DNA of 64,000 nt, taken from positions 404,591 through 468,590 of the forward strand of contig NMRA01000159.1 of assembly GCA_002633005.1 (NCBI GenBank), given 5' to 3'. The DNA comes from Phoronis australis (Eukaryota; Animalia; Phoronida). Below the pieces are notes generated by a model that was given only the letters and a program-made list of their open reading frames with translations, ran no database searches and had not been told where the DNA came from. Below, piece by piece: positions 58,375 through 64,000 of the stretch. Position numbers and translations under genes: made by a program. Numbering within the stretch: the stretch's first letter is position 1; each line of letters opens with the position of its first letter.

Positions 58375-59602
58375 ACTGAGTCTTGTTCTGCCAAAAGAAC
58401 ATACAAAATAAATTGAATGATGGGTATCACAGAACAAGTTCATTTTTATTTTAATGATAGACTCGATCGTTCGTTCTGTAACCATTACGAAACTTCTGGA
58501 AAAAAAAACAATGTTTACAATGTTGGCACAAAATCTCAAAAAAATCGTATGTGCACCACTGAGTGTTTACTGTCGACAACCCTCAAGTTCATTCAAAAAT
58601 GTGTGCCATAAATCTAAAAGTCTACATCAGTGCATTTAGGCCTAATCATTTCCCTTACACAAGCAGGGGTGCAGACAATTTAAATCTGATTTCAACGCAA
58701 CGAGGTTTGTTTAAACATGGTTTGTTTCAATGTGATTTGTTTCAAGTCAAGCCAAAAGTACCGTCTTAACATGAGATGCCTGATCAGACATATTTGTGCG
58801 ACCAAAAACTCTTGGAGACCAACGACTTTAAATTAGTGACTTCAGATTTAACTGAGCTAGCCAGTTGAAACTTTAGTGTTTCTTGGGCACTTTTATTAAA
58901 TTTTGTAGCTTTCAGTATGTTTCCTAAAGATGAAAACTTCTGTCTCCAACAAGAGGAGGCAAACCAGCATTTCAGTGCAAGCAGTCCTATTTCTGAAAAT
59001 GGAAGCCCCAGGCATTGATGACAGAACCTGAGTTTCGTCCACTGAATAATAGCCAATCCAATAGATGTATTTCAATTTCAATGACATCTGAATTATTCTG
59101 ACAGTTAAAATACAGGAACAATGCTTCCAGGAGCAATAGTATAGTATAGTAGCACCGTGTGAGTGTTGGAACACCGACAGGTCAGAGGCAGTAGTTTGAG
59201 AATCTGGGCCAGCATGGTCACTAACATTCAAAGAAATTATCACGATGCGTCTACTCTAGGATCGAAATCTTGGGACTTCTTGGTGAGTGTTGATGCGTAC
59301 TAATACGTGCCCTGCATTTTCTGGGTCTTTTGAGTTTTACTGACCCAAATTTTAAACCACTATTTAGCCGAAAAGAGACTAAATTCGAGAGGGTCCAGTG
59401 GCACTTGACTAGACAAACTCGCCCTCGGCTCAACAAGTCTCCCGATTCAACATCGGTATGGTGATAGTAATCATACTCAATACCACAGAGGATAGCCAAA
59501 CTGATCGATTTAAAAGACGTGGTACATTGAAGAATACAAACGTTTACGTCTAACAATCTTATCAATTCAAACACATATCAACAGGTTTCAAATGGAGCTC
59601 AC

Positions 59603-59655
59603 CGATGAATGAAGCACGGGTCAAACACATGAGAACGTTCGCGCCATCTTGAAGA
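59603..59655 (-). promoter_or_regulatory. Putative Pcl first (non-coding) exon with YY1-like CAAGATGGCG motif
   Basis: Minus strand caagATGGCGcgaacg...tcatcg|gtgagc donor; the ATG opens only an 8-codon uORF. Confidence 0.55.
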
Positions 59656-60664
59656 GTAAAGCGCAATAATATGTCAATGAAATTTCTTTGAAATTAATTA
59701 AAAGATACTTTAGAGCTTCACACTTTTGCTGATACTAATTAGATTATAAACAAAAATTGGTCTGCTTTGTTTTATTTCCACAAATATTCTCTTTTTAATG
59801 TTAAGCAGAGGACTTGCTTTTATAGCGAATCAACATGCCGTTGTAGGCTGCAGTTCGAAGGCCACCTGGTGGTCAGGAAAGGAAGGCGTTTTGTTGAGGG
59901 CCCAGGAACCGCGGGTCGAGCACGGAGAGACGCCGTTTAGGGACTCGGGACGGTATTTTCGGAAGAACTACAGGACGTGTCGCCAAGGCAGGTGTCTTTT
60001 CTGACAAAATTCTCTGAGAAAGTTCACGGTCTTTTCCGACAAAACCCCTTCAAAAAGGGTTTTGTTTGACTAGTCGCTTCAGATGAAACTCGGCAAAAGG
60101 AATTTTCACTACTGCAGCCGCGGGCACCGACACGAGGTTTTTTCCAACAACATAAACATACAGAAAAATTGTTAATAGTATCTATATTTTAACTTTTTTG
60201 CATAGGTCATCTTTGGCATATGTCTTTGTATTCGGCCTGTACATACGTACGTCAGGTCCCCACAGCTCTACTGAATTTTTTGAAAAGAATCTGTATAACT
60301 TTTTTTGTACGTCGGTATACAAGGTTTATTGAGTCAAATCCGAACAAAATACAAACATTCCGTATCATGATTATTGGGTTAAAATTCACTTTCCAAGAAC
60401 TCTCACGAAACAATTGTTTTAGTTTTTATTGACGCGACGCCATCTCTAAGCGGCATAATTGTTTTACTTCGCTTTGGCGAATGTTTAATGATGACGTATT
60501 TGCCATTATTATAGCGCGGTTTAGACCTATAAATTGGAATAGAATTTATGCACGGTCACATTACATTTTCGAAAATTTTAACGGACTTTGATTTTTTACG
60601 TTTCAGATAACCACGGGGGGTAATTTAGCATACTATTTTTTTAAAGAAATAAATGTTTGGATTA

Positions 60665-60810
60665 ATTGGTGTAGTCCGAGAACGATTTCACCCATTGCAT
60701 GCTCCCGGAGTGTTCAAAAGAACTGGGATTAATCATGTCCATAGCCGGGTAACAATATTCGAAGTGCTCAGTAACTTACAGAGGTACATAAATCTGGCTT
60801 AATTATAATC
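60665..60810 (+). mobile_element. SINE 3' remnant
   Basis: tgcatgctcccggag...ggtaacaatattcgaagtgctc...ataaatctgg, resembling invertebrate SINE 3' regions. Confidence 0.4.
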
Positions 60811-61059
60811 AGTGTTTTTAATTTTGGCAGTTTAACTTTATATGACTGAGTGCACACCGTAAAAATACCAGCTTAGGTCTTAGAGATTCCTTGTGCCTGG
60901 TCTTTTAGACGCGGGTCGTAATTGTAAAGAATGTAATTGACGAAACACAGTAAATAAGCTCATCAACGCCTTGAAACGGCTGAATTTTATCCTTGGCCAA
61001 ATGGGTGAACGTTACCCACGTAAATTACTCGTCAATTACTTCTTGTTAAGGACATAAAT

Positions 61060-61180
61060 TAAATTATTAACGGCGTAAATAAATTATTTGTCGCGTAAAT
61101 AAATTTTCAATGGAGTAAAGTAATTATTTGTGGCGTAAAGTAACGTTTAAAGTCGTAAAATAATTATTTGCCTGCGTACT
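61060..61180. repeat. Degenerate ~19-bp tandem repeats (gtaaataaattatttg), probably subterminal repeats of a transposon
   Basis: About 6 imperfect copies. Confidence 0.6.
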
Positions 61181-61546
61181 AAGTTCACACATGCCCCGAT
61201 CTTGGATTCCGGCCGAGTTCACGCACAGTAGGGTAACCAGGTACTTCACCGCCGGAGTGCGCTACTGCATGGGTGTGTGTTTCATTTACTTCGTTTTCAA
61301 TAATGCTTTAAATAAATTTTTACGCCAAAAATTACGAATAATCTATGTCTTCATTTAGTATATGTGTACACAAGCGTCCTGAAGTTAAATTTTAGTGAAT
61401 GAAACAGACCCTGGAAGAAGAGTTCGTAACTAGAGCGAGTGATCTGACAGCCGAATTTCCGGTTGTGATTCCACCTTCCCATTCATTCGTCAACAGTGTT
61501 CAAGGGCGGCTAGTCATCTCCACTGATTATCGCTCTTGGGCAAATT

Positions 61547-61744
61547 ATGGGCAATGGGAGTAGTGTATTAGATGATTTCATACTAGGAGAGTCTGTACAA
61601 GAATCTGTGGGATGCGGGTGGACGCTTCATCCGGCGACAAGAAAAGAAGATGGAAGCAAAGTGTCGGTGTTTATTTACAAATTGTCACGTGTCCAAGACA
61701 GGCAACATGATGGAAAAGAAACATTCATGAAAAATAGCAGTTTG
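61547..61744 (+). CDS. SCYL3: SCYL3/PACE-1-like pseudokinase, first coding exon (continues beyond the window)
   Basis: MGNGSS myristoylation motif; GWTLHPATRKEDGSKVSVFIYK resembles the SCY1-like N-lobe; gtacga donor. Confidence 0.72.
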
Positions 61745-62912
61745 GTACGAATCTACGGTAGATAAGTAGTATATTGGTGTCTATTTTACTGTGGCAGTTA
61801 CTAAGTTAAACCAATATTCCACTGGGAATCTAACCTTGGGATGGACAAGTTCACTGAAAGAGGAAGTAACTGTTACTAGTGGTAGTGTCAGGTTGCAACT
61901 GCTCTTGCGGCCCGCCTCTGTACTTGCGGCAGACGGGAAGCGCAGGGTCATGGTGCAGTCCAGTTACCCCCAGGTTCAGTTGACAGAGCACCTTTGTTCC
62001 GCTGATGGAAAGTGTGTAGGAGATCATGAGGTGACCGGGTGTTGCATGACAATCAGGAAATTTCGGCGGGTTTCCCTTAAGAAGCGAAATGTGTCGATTA
62101 CAACAACACAGCAACAATTTTAGAATGCCCGTTTGCGCATTACCCTCTGTCGTGCCACTGTTGGCGAAGGGCGTGGCCTGGCGCATGACACTTTCAAGAA
62201 GCAGCATAGGTGGAATTTGTGATAATTGTCTCCCTTGGACTTTTTGTTCATCAACAGGCATGATTTCGTGCAACTTCCTCCAAATGGCACCCGGTGAAGG
62301 AAACTCATTGCAACAGATTTTCATGGATATGTTCAAATTATTTTTACTAAATTGTTGCCAAAGTCATGGTACGTGTTATAACTCAATGCATACATGTGCA
62401 GGTCTAATTCGATGTCATTCGCTGTATTTTTAAATGAGTTCTTTATGGCTAATATCACATCTGTACACCTGTAGCGTACATGGCGATGTAAATCCCTTCA
62501 AGACTGACTGAAGACAATTTAGTGAAACATATTTTGCTGCAAATAATGAAATTCTGTTGACTTTAACTTGAGCTTCCCTCGCCAGCTGCCATTTTGAGGT
62601 AGTTACAGTATATTCCCCAGCCCTAACTCATGTGACGTCACTGATTACCGCGTGCGCTGATAAAAGTGACCAAAAAGTGGAGTTGGAATTCTTCGCCAGA
62701 ATTGTACTACTATCGTACGTAGCCATGGAATTGCTACATGTGTTAACTTCACTGTCATATATTTCACACTGCCTGGGTATAGTACTGCTCATTACCACGT
62801 TGTGAAACTTACATCAACAGGCGTAGGCAACGACCGGACGAGGTGCATGCAAAACCTGAGAGTCAACCGACACTCACCTTCCCTGTTATAGCAGTATAAG
62901 TGAATAACTATC

Positions 62913-62913
<1 letters not shown>

Positions 62914-62942
<29 letters not shown>
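62914..62942 (+). repeat. (TAA)n microsatellite, possibly a retroposon tail
   Basis: About 9-10 copies. Confidence 0.9.
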
Positions 62943-62944
<2 letters not shown>

Positions 62945-64000
62945 GGCATCAGGGCTCGACGTTATCAAAATTGCCAGGTAGCATTTTGCGACCTAGCCAA
63001 AATCATACATTTTCAAAATCCAGCTCGCTTTCATAAATGCCAGGTCGCAAAATTTTCCGCAATTTTTACACGCCAAAATTGATTTTTTTAGATCATTGAG
63101 AAAATGTTTAGATTATGATCTTCCCTGCAGTGTTATATACTCATAAATTTCAAGTCGCAAAGTTGAGTTCTTACATACAGGTACGGAGTTACTGTTCTTC
63201 ATGACCGCCATTGAAATGCTGTAGAGCACAAGGCTAGTTGCCGACGTGAAAATTGAATGGTGCTCACTAACCGACTCGCGCATTCGAGTAGTTAAGTTAG
63301 CAATGTGAAAAGGGAGATAATACTCGTTGAAAAAGTATCCGGTTGGTCTGACCTGCTACAAGGCTAATATCAAAGTCCTTAAATATCCTGTATTTTTATG
63401 CGCTCTCATATTTATATGTGGACGCATTATGCCGTCATCTCCATTCGATGTCCGCTGATTTCTTTGCACAAGTGTTACTTCCGTGGATGGGACAGCAAGA
63501 GCGAACTTTCGGACGGATCCGACTACCGGTGTGTCCCCTAGTGGCAATTTTAGTTTTTTACGTTTACCTCTGTTTCTCCAAAAATCTTGAACAGATTTTC
63601 ATGAAATTTGGTATGTAGGCACCTATTAGCGAGTTGATGCTATCATCCCGTTTTTGGATGGATTTGAAGTAGTTTGCGCCAACTAGTGGCCATTTTTGCT
63701 GTTTTCGAGTCTGTTTTTTGTGTCCACCCCTCTGTCAACCAAACTGCTCAAAAGATGATTGTGAAATTGTCATGTATATTCTTACTATATAAATGGGACA
63801 GCTGATGATGATTTTCCAACAACTTCGACTACTGTGACGCCTCCTAGTGGCAGTTTTGTGTGCAGAAATTTCTGCGCAGGATTCAACAGAGAACTGAAAT
63901 GCAATGACAAATATCAATTTGTAAGCCAAAATAATCGAAATCCAGTTGCAGAAAAAATCTGCAACTTTTCAGGCACAAAAAGGGAATGAGTGGAAATTCC

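Noticed and set aside
59819-60143. Assignment as RNase P, MRP, SRP or telomerase RNA
   Set aside because: P4-forming CR-I/CR-V pairs, the SRP helix-8 GNRA loop and a telomeric template were not found; kept only as an unassigned candidate
63356-63620. SCYL3 exon 2
   Set aside because: No LKTLRHP-like kinase motif; the sequence looks like an interspersed repeat beginning tttttatgcg

Overview
This is eukaryotic, AT-rich, intron-rich metazoan DNA. It looks like a marine invertebrate, probably lophotrochozoan-like, though that is an inference. There is a 905-nt N gap at 32134-33038. Four spliced genes were rebuilt by hand from GT-AG signals and reading-frame phases. (1) The 3' part (17 exons, about 940 aa) of a + strand VWDE-like gene: VWD, EGF and a C-terminal chitin-binding type-2-like domain, 1298-19548. 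(2) An orphan + strand secreted protein, 21410-37150: signal peptide, beta-rich domain, Thr/Pro mucin repeats and a C-terminal basic tail with a possible amidated peptide. (3) A complete - strand Polycomb-like gene (Pcl/MTF2/PHF19 family; Tudor, two PHD fingers, winged helix, C-terminal domain; 16 coding exons, about 755 aa), 58374-41922. (4) The first coding exon of a SCYL3-like pseudokinase, head-to-head with Pcl. The introns hold a young, 5'-truncated RT+RNase H non-LTR retrotransposon (9-bp TSD, structured 3' end), an L1/Tx1 3' fragment, SINEs, a probable Gypsy relic, many MITEs (several with 5-bp TSDs) and minisatellites. I found no CRISPR array, rRNA or bona fide tRNA. The best novelty candidates are the orphan secreted gene, the VWD-EGF-chitin-binding fusion with a possible terminating micro-exon, and a roughly 300-nt self-complementary island between Pcl and SCYL3.
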